Assembly (NCBI GenBank): GCA_000091205.1
Contig: AP006495.2
Strand: one strand, 5' to 3'
DNA length: 64,000 bases
Origin: Cyanidioschyzon merolae
Lineage: Eukaryota
The notes under the pieces were generated by a model. It ran no database searches and was not told the origin of the DNA. It was given only the letters and a program-made list of their open reading frames with translations. Position 1 is the stretch's first letter, and every line of letters starts with the position of its first letter. The position numbers and the translations under genes are program-made. This document shows positions 1 to 11,145 of this stretch, in pieces.

Positions 1-1488
1 GAGCTGGATCATCTCCTGGTGTCGGCGATATGCGGCATTCAGTTCGTCACTGGTGCGCATGTCTTGCAGGATCGCCTCGAGTTTTGCAGTGTACACGGCG
101 CCGCACTCTTCCCGCAATTTGCTGATAAAATGCTGCTCTGCGTCATCGTTCGCCGACGGGGGCACCACGGTGTTGCTCGCGAATCGTCGCAAAAGACGCC
201 GCGAGAGATGCACCTTGTAATGCTGCTCAAAAACGTCCTTATTCCGCAACAAACGAAACAGGCCTGAGGCATGCTCGAGTGCAGCGCGTGTTGCCTCCCG
301 AGAAATCGACGGAGACTCCCGCAGCGCCTTATCGATATAGAGGGATAGAAACTCCTGGGCACAGGGACATTCGTTCAGAGCCTCTTCGAAACCCTCCTGA
401 ACGGCGCGAACAAACTTTGGATCCATCTGGAGCGCGGCGAGCAGATTGTAGAACTCGTCCTTGAGATGCATTGCTCGCGCAACCCATTCAAGCGGCTGCT
501 CCAATGCGCTCGCACCTCTGACCAAGTCAGCGCGTACTTTTTCACGAACGTAGGGTGCGAGTCGGCCACGCATCGCATCCACACCTTCGGGAATACGCAT
601 CAAGAGATCGTACATCATTTGCAGGTCTTCTAAGCGCTGAGATTGCAGGAGTTGAAGAAACCCCGTATCCGTCGTGTCGAGAATTTCATTCAGGTGCTCG
701 CTGAGCAAGATTTCACCCAAAAGCGTCTGTAATGCAGTTCGAGTCGTGCGTACTGCTAGACATTCGTTCGCTAATTTTTCCTCGAAGAGGAACCACTCTC
801 GAACATGTTGTAAATACGACCGGCCAGAACAGGTCTGGAGCACGCGGGCCGCTGCGAGGGTGTAGAACTCACGCGAGACTCGCAAGAAGCGTCCTTCGAA
901 AGCTTCAGCATACATGTCAAGCTCTATATACATATCAAGTGTATCACGGAGCAGTGTCAGAGGCGGTTGCTCCCCGAGGCGGCTGCGCGTGACCACGTCC
1001 AGCATCGCGTCGACGAGCTGGGTCGCAAACGTTTGGTCGCGGAGAACGTCGTCCCTAAACGCGCTCATTCCGAGTTCGTACACAGGTGTCCTGCCAGTAG
1101 AGCGGATGAAACTACGATCAGCGTACATGAAAACGTCCCGAACGGTGCGCACCGCGTTCTTATACAGTTGCCAGCGCGTTCGCAGCGACTCGAGCAGCAC
1201 TTCGCTTCTGTGGGCTCGCGACTGCACCGTGCTGCGTACCAGCTGCGCCTGATAGTGAAACCCTCGCTCAAGTCCTTCATACAGCAGCTCTCCATAGCGG
1301 TGTAGCACGAGGTTGTACGCGGTTCGGTAGAGCTCCTCGAAAGAGAGGTCCTGGTGGTCACGAGCGAAGATGCGCACGAGAGCTTTCTCCAGTTTCTCCC
1401 AGCTTTTTTGAGCCTGCTCCAAAGTAACCTCCGACATGGACACGTACTTGAACGGTTGAATAGTCAGGCGAGTCTTCCGGGAAGTCAT
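1..1488 (-). CDS. Cullin family protein, N-terminal about 495 aa; C-terminus lies beyond the window start
   Basis: Manual translation of the minus strand from the ATG (reverse complement of 1486-1488) gives an uninterrupted frame to position 1: MTSRKTRLTIQPFKYVSMSEVTLEQAQKSWEKLEKALVRIFARDHQDLSFEELYRTAY ... LFRLLRNKDVFEQHYKVHLSRRLL ... FISKLREECGAVYTAKLEAILQDMRTSDEL. The SFEELYR N-terminal cullin motif and the KDVFE..Y..HL.RRLL cullin-homology signature are both present. It is absent from the ORF track only because no stop codon lies inside the window. Confidence 0.8.
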   Translation of the reverse strand, partial: MTSRKTRLTIQPFKYVSMSEVTLEQAQKSWEKLEKALVRIFARDHQDLSFEELYRTAYNLVLHRYGELLYEGLERGFHYQAQLVRSTVQSRAHRSEVLLESLRTRWQLYKNAVRTVRDVFMYADRSFIRSTGRTPVYELGMSAFRDDVLRDQTFATQLVDAMLDVVTRSRLGEQPPLTLLRDTLDMYIELDMYAEAFEGRFLRVSREFYTLAAARVLQTCSGRSYLQHVREWFLFEEKLANECLAVRTTRTALQTLLGEILLSEHLNEILDTTDTGFLQLLQSQRLEDLQMMYDLLMRIPEGVDAMRGRLAPYVREKVRADLVRGASALEQPLEWVARAMHLKDEFYNLLAALQMDPKFVRAVQEGFEEALNECPCAQEFLSLYIDKALRESPSISREATRAALEHASGLFRLLRNKDVFEQHYKVHLSRRLLRRFASNTVVPPSANDDAEQHFISKLREECGAVYTAKLEAILQDMRTSDELNAAYRRHQEMIQL

Positions 1489-1791
1489 TTGAGCTGGAAA
1501 CGCTTTCCAATGTCCAAAAGACGCAGCCCAAGTCCCTTTATCGAGCAGTCGTGTTCCTGGAGCAGGTCTGCGATGCAGGCGAGTCGAGTCGACACCAGCG
1601 CACGACGCCCTAGCATCGACCACGTCAACGACAACGGTAGCGCTGCAGAAGCGCTGCGCTTGGAAAGCGGAGGCGTCCAGGTGCCGGCACTTGCACACGT
1701 ATTGGGCGCTCGTCCAGGCGCTAGGTCAGTGACTTGTGTCGAGCAAGTACGACACGAACGCTCGGAAGTTTGAGGGAACCTGCCCTGCCTC

Positions 1792-2445
1792 GTGCTAAGT
1801 ATGATCGGTTCAGTTACCTCGGAGCAGTCGTTGAGCACGGGTTGGGTGCTCTGGCTACTCAGCTGGGCATCCGTCTTGGCAGGTCGCCTGCTGGGAGCCC
1901 TGATACAGAACCCAGTTGCAGGTGTCGGGCACGGTTTTGAGCGGAATCCGGAGGTAGCTGCCCTCACAGCCGAGATCGGACGCCTCGAACGAGAAGCCAA
2001 AGCGCTCTGTCGACCGGACTCTTTCGTGGCATATGCGAAGCTCGAGCGCGAGCTCGATGATAAAAAGCAACGTCTCCAAGAACTTCAGCTACGGGAGCAG
2101 CAACGATTGCTCGCTGAAAGAGCGGTCGGGCTCCGGCACTGGAGACGTCGGCTCAGTGGCTGGGTGGCCCTGCTGTCGACACTGTCCTGGCTTGTTGTTC
2201 CGAGCGCGCTCTGGTTCATTTACCGCAATCACATCGTACTATACTTCCCTTGCTCAAGTCGGCTCTGGCGTCTGTTTCGCATCTTGCATATCGACTCTCC
2301 GACGGACCAAAATGGGAAGGCACCGAGTCTGTGTGCACTTCGCGGCGGGCCGTGGCTCTGGTTGTCGACCTTGGCAGCGCGCTACTTTCTGGGTCGCGGT
2401 GCACGCAACCTTGTGCAGACTCGAGGTATTGCGAGCAGATCGTGA
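1792..2445 (+). CDS. Hypothetical membrane protein with central coiled coil (Get1/WRB-like topology?)
   Basis: 217-aa ORF with a hydrophobic N-terminal segment (WVLWLLSWASVLAGRLLGAL), a charged coiled-coil stretch (KLERELDDKKQRLQELQLREQQRLLAE) and a second hydrophobic segment (WVALLSTLSWLVVPSALWFIY). Assignment is by architecture only; I see no diagnostic motif. Confidence 0.3.
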   Translation: MLSMIGSVTSEQSLSTGWVLWLLSWASVLAGRLLGALIQNPVAGVGHGFERNPEVAALTAEIGRLEREAKALCRPDSFVAYAKLERELDDKKQRLQELQLREQQRLLAERAVGLRHWRRRLSGWVALLSTLSWLVVPSALWFIYRNHIVLYFPCSSRLWRLFRILHIDSPTDQNGKAPSLCALRGGPWLWLSTLAARYFLGRGARNLVQTRGIASRS

Positions 2446-2974
2446 CCATGGCAGCGAGTTTACGCGAGCTGCTTCCACTTGAGCAGAGTGCATAGTCTCC
2501 GTGGCACTGGAGCTCGGGATGATCGGGCAAACGCTGAGAATGCCGTGAACGCAGGCTACGTCTGAGAGCGGCATTCATGAGGGCGCACTCCTGCAAGCTG
2601 CAGTTTGGTGCTTAGTGAACACTGACCCAATGAGCGCTGACTCGAGTTGTATACGGTCGCACGCATCTGCGACGACACTGTCGCCGACAGAATTTCGCAG
2701 TCGATAAAGACTGACCAGTGGACCTATCTCTAGCGGAGAAGTCGCTCTTGCGTGCATGTTTCTCACGCGGATTACCGTCGTTGGTGCAAGTGGCGTACGT
2801 ATCCCGCCCTAGGCGCTTTGCGCCGTTGGTGCTATACTATGATCTAGGTGCTCGCTGTGCTTCTGCAGTTATCGCTGAGTTTGCGATGGCGAGTCGTTGC
2901 ACGTCTGGTACTGGAATTCAGTTTCTATTTTTGTGTGGAGAAAGTGCTACACAAATAGGACTCTCTAGATGTTG

Positions 2975-3010
2975 TTGTTGCTGCTGCTGCTGCTGGTGGT
3001 GGTGATGGTG
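2975..3010. repeat. Trinucleotide microsatellite (TGC/TGG)n
   Basis: gttgttgttgctgctgctgctgctggtggtggtgatggtg read directly. Confidence 0.8.
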
Positions 3011-3424
3011 TTGCCTCCAAACGCACGGAACCGGACACGTCAACTGCTGCCTTTTATCGTATGCGACGGAGCAACATTCACGAACTTGACACTATTTGAC
3101 GAGATTGTGGCTGCGGCTTCGACCATGACGTCATGAAAGGTCATACGCCCGTGTACTCGAATAGATGGACGATGGGAATTCCTCGTTACCATCACGCATA
3201 GGTCTGAGCTCTCACACGGTTTCCGAATGCCATGGCACGGTTTTCGCTGCACCAGCGCTGTGCTGCATATCGGCGACGAGAGGCGTAAATATCCCCTGGA
3301 AACCAACTTGCCACAGCAAATTCGACTGCACTCACCACAAAGCAATAAAATAGCTCTGCCGCAGTGTACTCAACCTGCATTTGAGGTCGCTTGCGTTGCG
3401 TGTTCAGTGACGGGATTGGATGCT

Positions 3425-5215
3425 TTACGGTTCATCGGTGACGTGGCGGAGCCCAGTGCGCCGGCCGCGACGAGGTGCCCGTCGCGAGGGCGAGCGGCCC
3501 TCTGCTTCCGCCTCTTCCGTTGGCTCTTCTTTCGTCTGGTCTGACTGCTTCGCTTTGGATGACACATCGGCAGCAGCAGAGGCCTCAGCGCGTTCGCTCT
3601 GTTCAGCGAGGCGGCGCACTTCGGCCATGGAAATCTGATCGACCTCGGAAACCTCCTCTTCACACCGAATCGATCGATCCGAGGGAATACAATGCTGCGT
3701 CAAGATCTCCGCTGTGCATCGCCGGGAAGTCTCGGTCTCAACAACGACTAATTCTTCGTAGTCCAGGTGAAAGCGCATGAAAACGCCCTCAAATTTGCTG
3801 ACAAGTTCCGCCAAATGGGCGAGATTGCGAACCTCGATATCGTTAAAGCGTAAGAGCTGCAGATTGTTCAGGGACTGATAACCGGTCGTTATTTCATGAT
3901 GGATGACATGTGACAGGATAACGACCTGCTCGTTCGGGAATTTTTTCTCACCGTGCATGAGTTTGTTCAAAAGTTTCACCGGCGCCTCAAACTCAAATCG
4001 CTCACCGTACTCGCTGCGGAGGTACGGCTCGGTGAGCACCACGAACACCAAGCCCGCGACGACAAGGTACTCCGGCTGACGCCGTTTTTCATGCACGGGC
4101 ACAAGCTGGGAAGAAGAGCTCTCATCCAATTTGTATCGCACGTCGAGACGTGTTTTGCCTCGCAAAATGCGCAGATCGCACTCGTCTCCGACATATTTCT
4201 CTTTCACGAGAAAGTTGAAGTTGATCCGCTCATTCTTTCGAAACTGCACCGTGCCGTCATTCCCGATCCGATTTCCTTCGAATTCGAGCAAGACATCGTT
4301 CTTCTGTAAAACTGCCGTAGCACCTGATAACGGATGAATGCGACGCAGGAGAACCCCGGTTTCAGAGGCGTCCATGCCGAGAAATCGACGCAGTGCTGAG
4401 TTCTCCAATGCCTGCCAATCGATGCCGGCTGAGCAGAATCCGGTGTACCGGCCGTTCCGCTGCACGTCCGTTAGAAAGTGATTCACCACCGGCGTCGGTA
4501 TGACGTAGCCAACGTTTTCGGCCTCACGAGCGCTGAGGCTCTGAAACGCTATCCCGATGCACTCGAGGCGAGCGTTAAGAGCGGGCCCGCCGCTATTCCC
4601 CGGGTTAATGGCCGCATCGATCTGGACGCTCAGAAGTTCAGTAGCGCCGTGCGCATACTGCTGTATTTCGATACGCGAGACGACCCCCTCGGTCACTGAG
4701 ATCGATTCACCCCCTATCGGGTATCCGACAACGGTAACACGGTCCTGCAACTGAGGCAAACTTCCTAACGATAACGGGCATGTATCTTCGAAGAACGTGG
4801 GGTCGTCCACGGTAAGCAGCGCGATATCGCACTCGTCGCCGATAGCGACGACACGCGCAGTGACCTTTTCCGCAGAGCCGCGCTTCTTTACGCGAACTAC
4901 CGTAAAGTTCTCCACAGAGTGCGCGTTGGTTAGAATGCGATTTCCGTCGATGATGAACCCAGACGATGTCGAATATTCCTGCTTCCGCATCTGCCACGGT
5001 AGGGAGTAGTTTGGAGTGCAGTGCGTCGAAAATACCTTCAAGATAGAGTCTAGCACAAACGACGGGAGGTGCGAGTTCTCTTCGTCGCTCTCCTGGGGTC
5101 GGACGATCGGCGTCGCCGCGTCTGCATCGCTGCTCTCATCGTACCCAGGTGAGCGCAGCGCACCAGTTGAGCCTCGTTTTTTGGATCCGACCTCGCCTCT
5201 TCGTCTCTTTTTCAT
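3425..5215 (-). CDS. DegP/HtrA-type trypsin-like serine protease (plant DEG9/10-like) with basic/acidic N-terminal extension
   Basis: ORF 3425..5290 (track start is TTG; first in-frame ATG at 5213-5215). Contains SLPWQMRKQEYSTSSGFIIDGNRILTNAHSVENFTVVRVKKRGSAEKVTARVVAIGDECDIALLTVDD (catalytic His and Asp context) and GNSGGP (Ser) motif; C-terminal PDZ-like region. Confidence 0.85.
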   Translation of the reverse strand: MKKRRRGEVGSKKRGSTGALRSPGYDESSDADAATPIVRPQESDEENSHLPSFVLDSILKVFSTHCTPNYSLPWQMRKQEYSTSSGFIIDGNRILTNAHSVENFTVVRVKKRGSAEKVTARVVAIGDECDIALLTVDDPTFFEDTCPLSLGSLPQLQDRVTVVGYPIGGESISVTEGVVSRIEIQQYAHGATELLSVQIDAAINPGNSGGPALNARLECIGIAFQSLSAREAENVGYVIPTPVVNHFLTDVQRNGRYTGFCSAGIDWQALENSALRRFLGMDASETGVLLRRIHPLSGATAVLQKNDVLLEFEGNRIGNDGTVQFRKNERINFNFLVKEKYVGDECDLRILRGKTRLDVRYKLDESSSSQLVPVHEKRRQPEYLVVAGLVFVVLTEPYLRSEYGERFEFEAPVKLLNKLMHGEKKFPNEQVVILSHVIHHEITTGYQSLNNLQLLRFNDIEVRNLAHLAELVSKFEGVFMRFHLDYEELVVVETETSRRCTAEILTQHCIPSDRSIRCEEEVSEVDQISMAEVRRLAEQSERAEASAAADVSSKAKQSDQTKEEPTEEAEAEGRSPSRRAPRRGRRTGLRHVTDEP

Positions 5216-5404
5216 AAGCCGAGACCGTTGCTCACCCTTGTGGGATTGATCTCCGTACTGCGCACTGAAGACTCGACGCTGCAGTTGCAACCTGCAGTCC
5301 AGTTGACGAGACTTCGAATGGCGACGACTCGGCTATGGCGGATCAATGCGCCGATGGGCGCGGCGCTCGACGGCCGCGCTAGACCGCCTCTTCTTCCAGG
5401 TGCT

Positions 5405-5740
5405 GCAGCAGCAGTGAAGATGCCCTGAGAGCGATCAAGCAGAACTCGGCACACGAGGGCATCGAGGTCGATGCACTGGTCCCTCTACGCAGTAACATTC
5501 AATCATGAAGCTCCTGCAGCAGCAGTGAAGATGCCTGGAGAGCGATCAAGCAGAATTCGGCGCACGAGGGCATCGGGGTCGATGCACTGGTCCCTCTACG
5601 CAGTAACATTGAACCATGAAGCTCCTGCAGCAGCAGTGAAGATGCCTGGAGAGCGATCAAGCAGAACTCGGCACACGAGGGCATCGAGGTCGATGCACTG
5701 GTCCCTCTACGCAGTAACATTGAATCATGAAGCTCTGGCA
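5405..5740. repeat. Minisatellite, 111-bp unit x 3 (plus partial)
   Basis: Unit gcagcagcagtgaagatgcc..gcagtaacattcaatcatgaagctcctg recurs at 5405, 5516 and 5627 with about 5 substitutions per unit. It produces the spurious 37-aa periodic ORFs 5471..5959(+) and 5499..5741(-). Confidence 0.85.
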
Positions 5741-7364
5741 TCGCTGGCCGACTGCGGCGGATGCAGGTTGCCAGTGGTATGGGTGGCGCTCGAGCCTTTT
5801 TGGAATGCGGACCGCTCTACATATCAGTGGATTGTACAGGGGTGGGGAGTTTTTTGCGCCCTCATTGCGCTGGCCACTGGTTTTTTCATCGCTTGTTTTC
5901 AGCGTTTCAAAAAAATGCCGATACTGAGTACGAGATATTTCACGCGAAAGCGTGTTTGACACAGCGTCGATCGACGTTTCGTAGGTACGATCCGTTTCCG
6001 GGTATTGCTCGAGGCGGGCGAGTCTCTGTAAAGAAAGCTCTTGCGTGTACTGGTGGCTGTCAGATCAGACCATGGCGAGCCTGACGCCTTCGATTGTCCC
6101 GACGTATGACGTTTGGTCAACTTAACTTATACCATGTCGTGTGTCCGGCTGTGGATCGCGCTCTCCTATTCAACCGGTTTCAACGCGCATCCGCGCCCGT
6201 AATTCATGCACGATATACAGAGCGCATCAATAGAAAGCGCGACGATTTGATTCCTGCATTCGTGATAAGGTCCTGGTCTGATCAGGAACACCGCCTGTGT
6301 GCGCTGCAGCATTTGCATTTCTGTCTGGGTATCATCAAACGGTGCGAATCATTGGTGATCCGCTTTTCTACAACACATCCAATTCTTTTGCGAATGCTCG
6401 CTAGTTACTACAGGATAATCGGAAACGTTTGCCAACTCAGCGCGCTCTCACGTACGCTTGGCCAATATCATTCGTACAAATGTCACCGCTGCGAAAGGCA
6501 CACCGAGGCTGTCCAGAAACACGATGGAGATCACAAGCAAAGCGCAGATTGCAGTTTTTTCCTCGGCATGAATGGTTCAGATTGTAGCTGGAAGCAGCGA
6601 ATTGGCGACATGAACGCTACCATCGACATCCGTCGTCTGCCTACGACGGCGGTGGATGGAAAGCAGAGACCAGCATACTCAACGCCGGATGTAAGAGAGT
6701 GTGGACAGGGAAGCAGCCGCGAAGGATGCATATAAATTCTGATGTTGAAACATGCTGGGAACGGATGCGAGCATCGGTGTGTTTACGGACGTCTACGATA
6801 AGTGGACCGTTTCCATTTCACGCTGACATGGGTCTCGAGACACCTCTCCGCGAGTCCGTGGAACGTCTGGCATGGTTGTTTCCACGCTTGTGGCTGATAT
6901 GCAGCGGCAATTATCGTGGACAAAATGGTACTTTCATGCGAAAGCCGGTGGATCAGGTTTCTTTTCTCTGACAGAGCGTTTTACACAGACCAGCGATCCC
7001 CGAACGCACGTTCGTTCTTAGCGCCCGGCAAAGCATCCAGCGTTCCAACTAGTTCTAAGTTCAACTACGCGTACCTATCCTCAAAGCTGCTTTTTATTTC
7101 TCTCCTTCTGTCGTGTGCCGAGTGCATATCATGAGCGTCCCCAATGGCGCCTATAGCGCAGGTGCGGTCCGAGCACAGAGACCGAACTGCTTCGCCATAC
7201 CAATACGGGCGTCGGCTCGAAGCATGATTCGGTTCTGCACGCGTTGGAAAACGAAACCGCGCTCGCTCGCATACCGTCATCCAACGTACGCTGGAGGTCT
7301 GTCGCTCCCACTGTCCGCGTGTTCCATGTCCTCAGGTAACTAGCTGCCCGCCCGGTTGCACCGT

Positions 7365-8492
7365 CTATGTACTAGAGCAGCGATGGCGGATCTTAAGGCT
7401 TGCTTCAAAGAAGCGCTGGATGCCCTTCCCCATGAACCAAGGAATGCACCATAAATCGTTTCCGTGAAAGTTAAATGCACGCCAGTAGTCTGCTTCTGTC
7501 GCTGGCTTGCTCTTAAAGTAAGGAAGCAGGCTTCGCGCGTCGTGAGTTTTATCGATCGGCAGCGACTGTAACTCTACGCATTGATACCCGAGCGAGTACA
7601 AAAGCTGTACAGCTTTGCTGTAGAGCGGCTCAGGTTGCAGCTCCATGACCAAGTTGAGAACCTTTCGCCGCTTCAGGAGACCCAGCATTCCAAGGAGCGT
7701 CTCATACTCGCTACCTTCGACGTCCAATTTCATAAACCGAATCGTACTTTGTAGCGGTACGCAGTCGGCGATACGAACCGTCCGCAGCTGCACCGCATGA
7801 TCCAAGGCTGCGTCCGGCGACAACGGGATCGCGTGCGTCCCGCCCATATTGTCCGTTCGAGGGTAATACATCAGCGTGTGGTTGCTTTCGCTCCAGACCG
7901 GATGTGGCACAATCTGCAGACGTTCGGAGAATCCGTTCAAATGCGAAGCGAGCAGCACGGCTACTGCCACATTCGGCTGCATCTCGAATGCGATGACGTG
8001 GCAACCTCGATTTACTGCATAGAGGGCAAAGGCGCCAAAGTTCATGCCGACGTCCAGCACGAGCTCTCTACCTTGTCTGCAGCGCTCTAGCACACCTTTC
8101 TCTCGAAACAATAATAAATCAAACAGACGATGAATGTGCGCATCAAACAGTCCGCCGTTCGCCCGCATTGCCGGCGACACGAGGCCATCCCAGTCGCTGT
8201 GGAAAGTTACATAAAAGTATGGCGGAGTGGTTTGAGTTCTGTTCAGCACCATTTTGGAGAACTCTGTTTCCAGAGGTAAGTTATAACGCGAGAGATCTTC
8301 GACAGCAGCAGCCAGTGTAGTTGCACAGCCACTTGTACTGGCACGTTGTTCCCGAAGCCAACCTCTGCTTTTGCTGCCGATCAAAGCCCATACAGTGAAA
8401 ATGAAACAAAGCAATGTGAGAAGCAAAAGAAGCAACCGAGAGCTTTCTCGAACCAGCCGAGTACGGTCTCCGCGCTGCAACGCAAATACCAT
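7365..8492 (-). CDS. FkbM-family SAM-dependent methyltransferase, type II membrane-anchored
   Basis: ATG-initiated 375-aa ORF. N-terminal hydrophobic anchor LLLLLLTLLCFIFTVWALIG; FkbM-type Rossmann core LVLDVGMNFGAFALYAVNRGCHVIAFEMQPNVAVAVLLASHLNGF ... IRFMKLDVEGSEYETL. Confidence 0.65.
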   Translation of the reverse strand: MVFALQRGDRTRLVRESSRLLLLLLTLLCFIFTVWALIGSKSRGWLREQRASTSGCATTLAAAVEDLSRYNLPLETEFSKMVLNRTQTTPPYFYVTFHSDWDGLVSPAMRANGGLFDAHIHRLFDLLLFREKGVLERCRQGRELVLDVGMNFGAFALYAVNRGCHVIAFEMQPNVAVAVLLASHLNGFSERLQIVPHPVWSESNHTLMYYPRTDNMGGTHAIPLSPDAALDHAVQLRTVRIADCVPLQSTIRFMKLDVEGSEYETLLGMLGLLKRRKVLNLVMELQPEPLYSKAVQLLYSLGYQCVELQSLPIDKTHDARSLLPYFKSKPATEADYWRAFNFHGNDLWCIPWFMGKGIQRFFEASLKIRHRCSST

Positions 8493-8911
8493 GAGCTTCC
8501 GCCAGGTCTCTTGTCGACGTAGATTAACCTAGATGGACCCCTTCGGAACCGGATAATTCGCACGCTACTGGGGATTTCCGGTGCTTCGGTAACCGAAACT
8601 GTACCCCCAACAACAATGCAAACCTAGGAAGCGGTTTCGTAGAGCGGCGGTGCAGCGTTTTGCCGCCAACGCCGGACAGCAAGTTTGGGATCGGATCACG
8701 AGCGACGCACTTTACGGGAGAAATTCCAGTGCCTGGCGAAAAGCGTTCGAGCACCGGGACGGTGTGGTCCACGGTGGTGGCACTCTCTATGTGCAGGCTA
8801 TTTACTGGGAAGCAGCTGGTGTCCAAGAAGAGGTGAAAACCCTGGTCCGACCTATACCAGAGGCAGGACCTCTTCACTGTTTCTGGTTTTAACCGCGGAC
8901 ACTTGGACGCG

Positions 8912-10450
8912 ATGCGTGTGGGTGTCGTTGGCGCGGGACCTGCCGGCTTCTATACTGTCCAGTCTCTGTTGCGACACGCGGAACTTCAGCATAGGTTGCG
9001 ACGTATAGACGTGTTTGAATCACTACCGGTACCGTTTGGACTCGTGCGGTACGGGGTTGCACCTGATCACCCCGAGGTTAAGCGTGTCACCAACTCTTGG
9101 ACCCAGCTCATGGATCGCTACCGAGCGATCGTCCGCTTTTACGGAAACGTTCACGTCAATGGAAGGCTCTCACTCGACCTTCTAAAGAAGCGATACGCCG
9201 ACGGGGTCCAAGGCGCTGGCTTATTTCTCTGCATGGGTGCTCAGGGTGGCGATCGGAAACTCGGTATTCCTGGCGAGACACCATGTATAGAGAGTGCACG
9301 GGCATTTGTCGCTTGGTATAATGGTCACCCGGACTATGCTGACCGGGTATTTCTGTCCCAACGCGACGGTTGTGTTGCTGGCGGTGGCGAGGCAGTCATC
9401 ATTGGGAACGGGAACGTTGCCCTGGATGTTGCGCGAATGCTGCTGCAAGCACCTGCGCGGCTGCACGTGACGGACTGCAATCCAGTCGCTGTTGACGCAC
9501 TGGCTGCCTTTGGCGCGCAAACGCTTCACATTATCGGACGCCGCGATGCATCCAATGCCAGCTGGACAGCGAGGGAGCTTCGCGAGTTGATGACACTCGC
9601 GCCTGATCTCAAGTTCATCGTCCACGAGGCGATGCGTTGGGCACCGACGCCACCGGGCCTGCAGCCTGCGCAACCTTCGCGCACACAACGGCGCGCGCTG
9701 GAAGTCCTGCGGCGGTATGCCGGCTCGGCTGTGATCGACGAGGTTGGAACGCGTGCGCAGGTGACCCCAAGAACGATCCATTTTTGGTTCGGATTGAGTC
9801 CGGTTCGGGCTTTGCTGGGCGACGACCAGAGGGTGCATCTCATTTGCGCCCCGAATGAGCTTTTCTACGACTCGCTTGGCCAAGTTCAGTGCCGCACGAT
9901 ACAGGATGCAGAGCCGGTGCGGATTACAGCGTCTGCTGGGGCAGTCTTTCGCAGTATTGGGTACGTTGTGAGTGCGCCTTGGGGCTTGCCTCTGGATTCG
10001 AATCAGAACTGTATCCGGAATAATGCTGGGCGAGTTGTTGGCCTCGAGGATGCAGTTTACGTTGCGGGCTGGCTGAAGCACGGTCCACGCGGAGTCATTG
10101 CGAACACGCTGGTCGATGCGCAAGAGACTGTCGCGCAGTTCGTCTCTGATCTACGTCAAGCTGAGCGAGCCACGCAAGCGAGAGCGGATGGCTCACGCAC
10201 CCATGAGCCTGAGGTCGAGGATCTTTTGAAGCAGGCCGGTCACTCGTTCGTCGACTGGGACGGTTGGTTACGCATTGACGCCGAGGAGCAACATCGCGGT
10301 CGCCTCTGCGGTGCTGATCGCCGAAAAATTCTAACGCGCTCCGATATGCTGCGTCTGGCTGGCGGGGCCAGCGTCGCGGATTACCAGCAAAACTCCGGGG
10401 AAGGGTTAGGGAACCGTTCTCATCGCACTCCGGCTGATGTTGCATTCTAG
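8912..10450 (+). CDS. NADPH:adrenodoxin oxidoreductase (mitochondrial ferredoxin reductase, ARH1/FDXR family)
   Basis: MRVGVVGAGPAGFYTVQSLL FAD-binding GxGxxG closely matches the FDXR N-terminus; second NADP-binding Rossmann motif AVIIGNGNVALDVARML; about 510 aa. Track ORF starts at TTG 8903; first ATG at 8912. Confidence 0.85.
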   Translation: MRVGVVGAGPAGFYTVQSLLRHAELQHRLRRIDVFESLPVPFGLVRYGVAPDHPEVKRVTNSWTQLMDRYRAIVRFYGNVHVNGRLSLDLLKKRYADGVQGAGLFLCMGAQGGDRKLGIPGETPCIESARAFVAWYNGHPDYADRVFLSQRDGCVAGGGEAVIIGNGNVALDVARMLLQAPARLHVTDCNPVAVDALAAFGAQTLHIIGRRDASNASWTARELRELMTLAPDLKFIVHEAMRWAPTPPGLQPAQPSRTQRRALEVLRRYAGSAVIDEVGTRAQVTPRTIHFWFGLSPVRALLGDDQRVHLICAPNELFYDSLGQVQCRTIQDAEPVRITASAGAVFRSIGYVVSAPWGLPLDSNQNCIRNNAGRVVGLEDAVYVAGWLKHGPRGVIANTLVDAQETVAQFVSDLRQAERATQARADGSRTHEPEVEDLLKQAGHSFVDWDGWLRIDAEEQHRGRLCGADRRKILTRSDMLRLAGGASVADYQQNSGEGLGNRSHRTPADVAF

Positions 10451-11145
10451 AAAAGTCTTTATCATGTAAGGTACGAGCGCTTGTAATTGAGGATTCCAGC
10501 CCGACGCAAGTGCCTCCCGTACGCAGCTCAGTTAGCGCGCGCTACGGCAGAATGTCGCGAGAAGAGCGTCTTATGTGCAGAACGAATTTGAGACAGGGCT
10601 TGCAGGCGTCTTTCACTGGTCTGAAATCGTCTGACGGGAGGCGATCAGCATCGGGACCGGCGGCAGCATCGTATCCGCTTTCATCGACGTATCCGCAACG
10701 GCCTGCGTCTTTGAGAAAGCATGCCTGAAGTGCGCATCGGTTGAGCGTCGCAGCTGCGACACCGCACCATTTCCCGCCTATCTGCTGCTTCCACTGGTGA
10801 TGCTTGCGTGGCGAGTGCGTTTTCCGCGAGCTCCGATGCGCGTTCTGCGTCCTGCGCGACTCTCGTTACTAGTGTTTGCGTTACAGGCGAGTTAGAGAAC
10901 CGAAACGATTGCTCGATCTTCCAAATAAAGAAGAATGCAATACTACCTACAATTCCTGCCGATCTATCGCAGAAAAACGCGGACACGTTTATGATAACGT
11001 CGAACTGACTATTGCGGCTTTGCGCTGTTGAGCGAGGAGCGCATGCAGCGACTAAAGTGCTCGCCACATCGATGAACTGGAGACAGCTCTATCGTCCATA
11101 CACCCCGGATGCGCTCTGCGCTCAATATGGTCAATGCGGTCGACA

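Noticed and set aside
5471-5959. 162-aa ORF with perfect 37-aa periodicity (and mirror ORF 5499..5741 on the minus strand)
   Set aside because: It is the translation of the 111-bp minisatellite. Equal-quality periodic ORFs appear on both strands and in several frames, which is typical of a DNA repeat rather than a protein gene.
9221-10123. 300-aa ORF antisense to the adrenodoxin reductase gene (also 41632..42342 antisense to ARID, 20328..21104 overlapping the LPD start, 11206..11973, 13213..13800, 15131..15862, 16314..17033, 18584..19159)
   Set aside because: These are long antisense or overlapping ORFs of the kind expected by chance in GC-rich DNA. They have low-complexity Arg/Ser/Pro-rich composition and no motifs, and each overlaps a well-supported gene on the other strand or lies in a low-complexity spacer.
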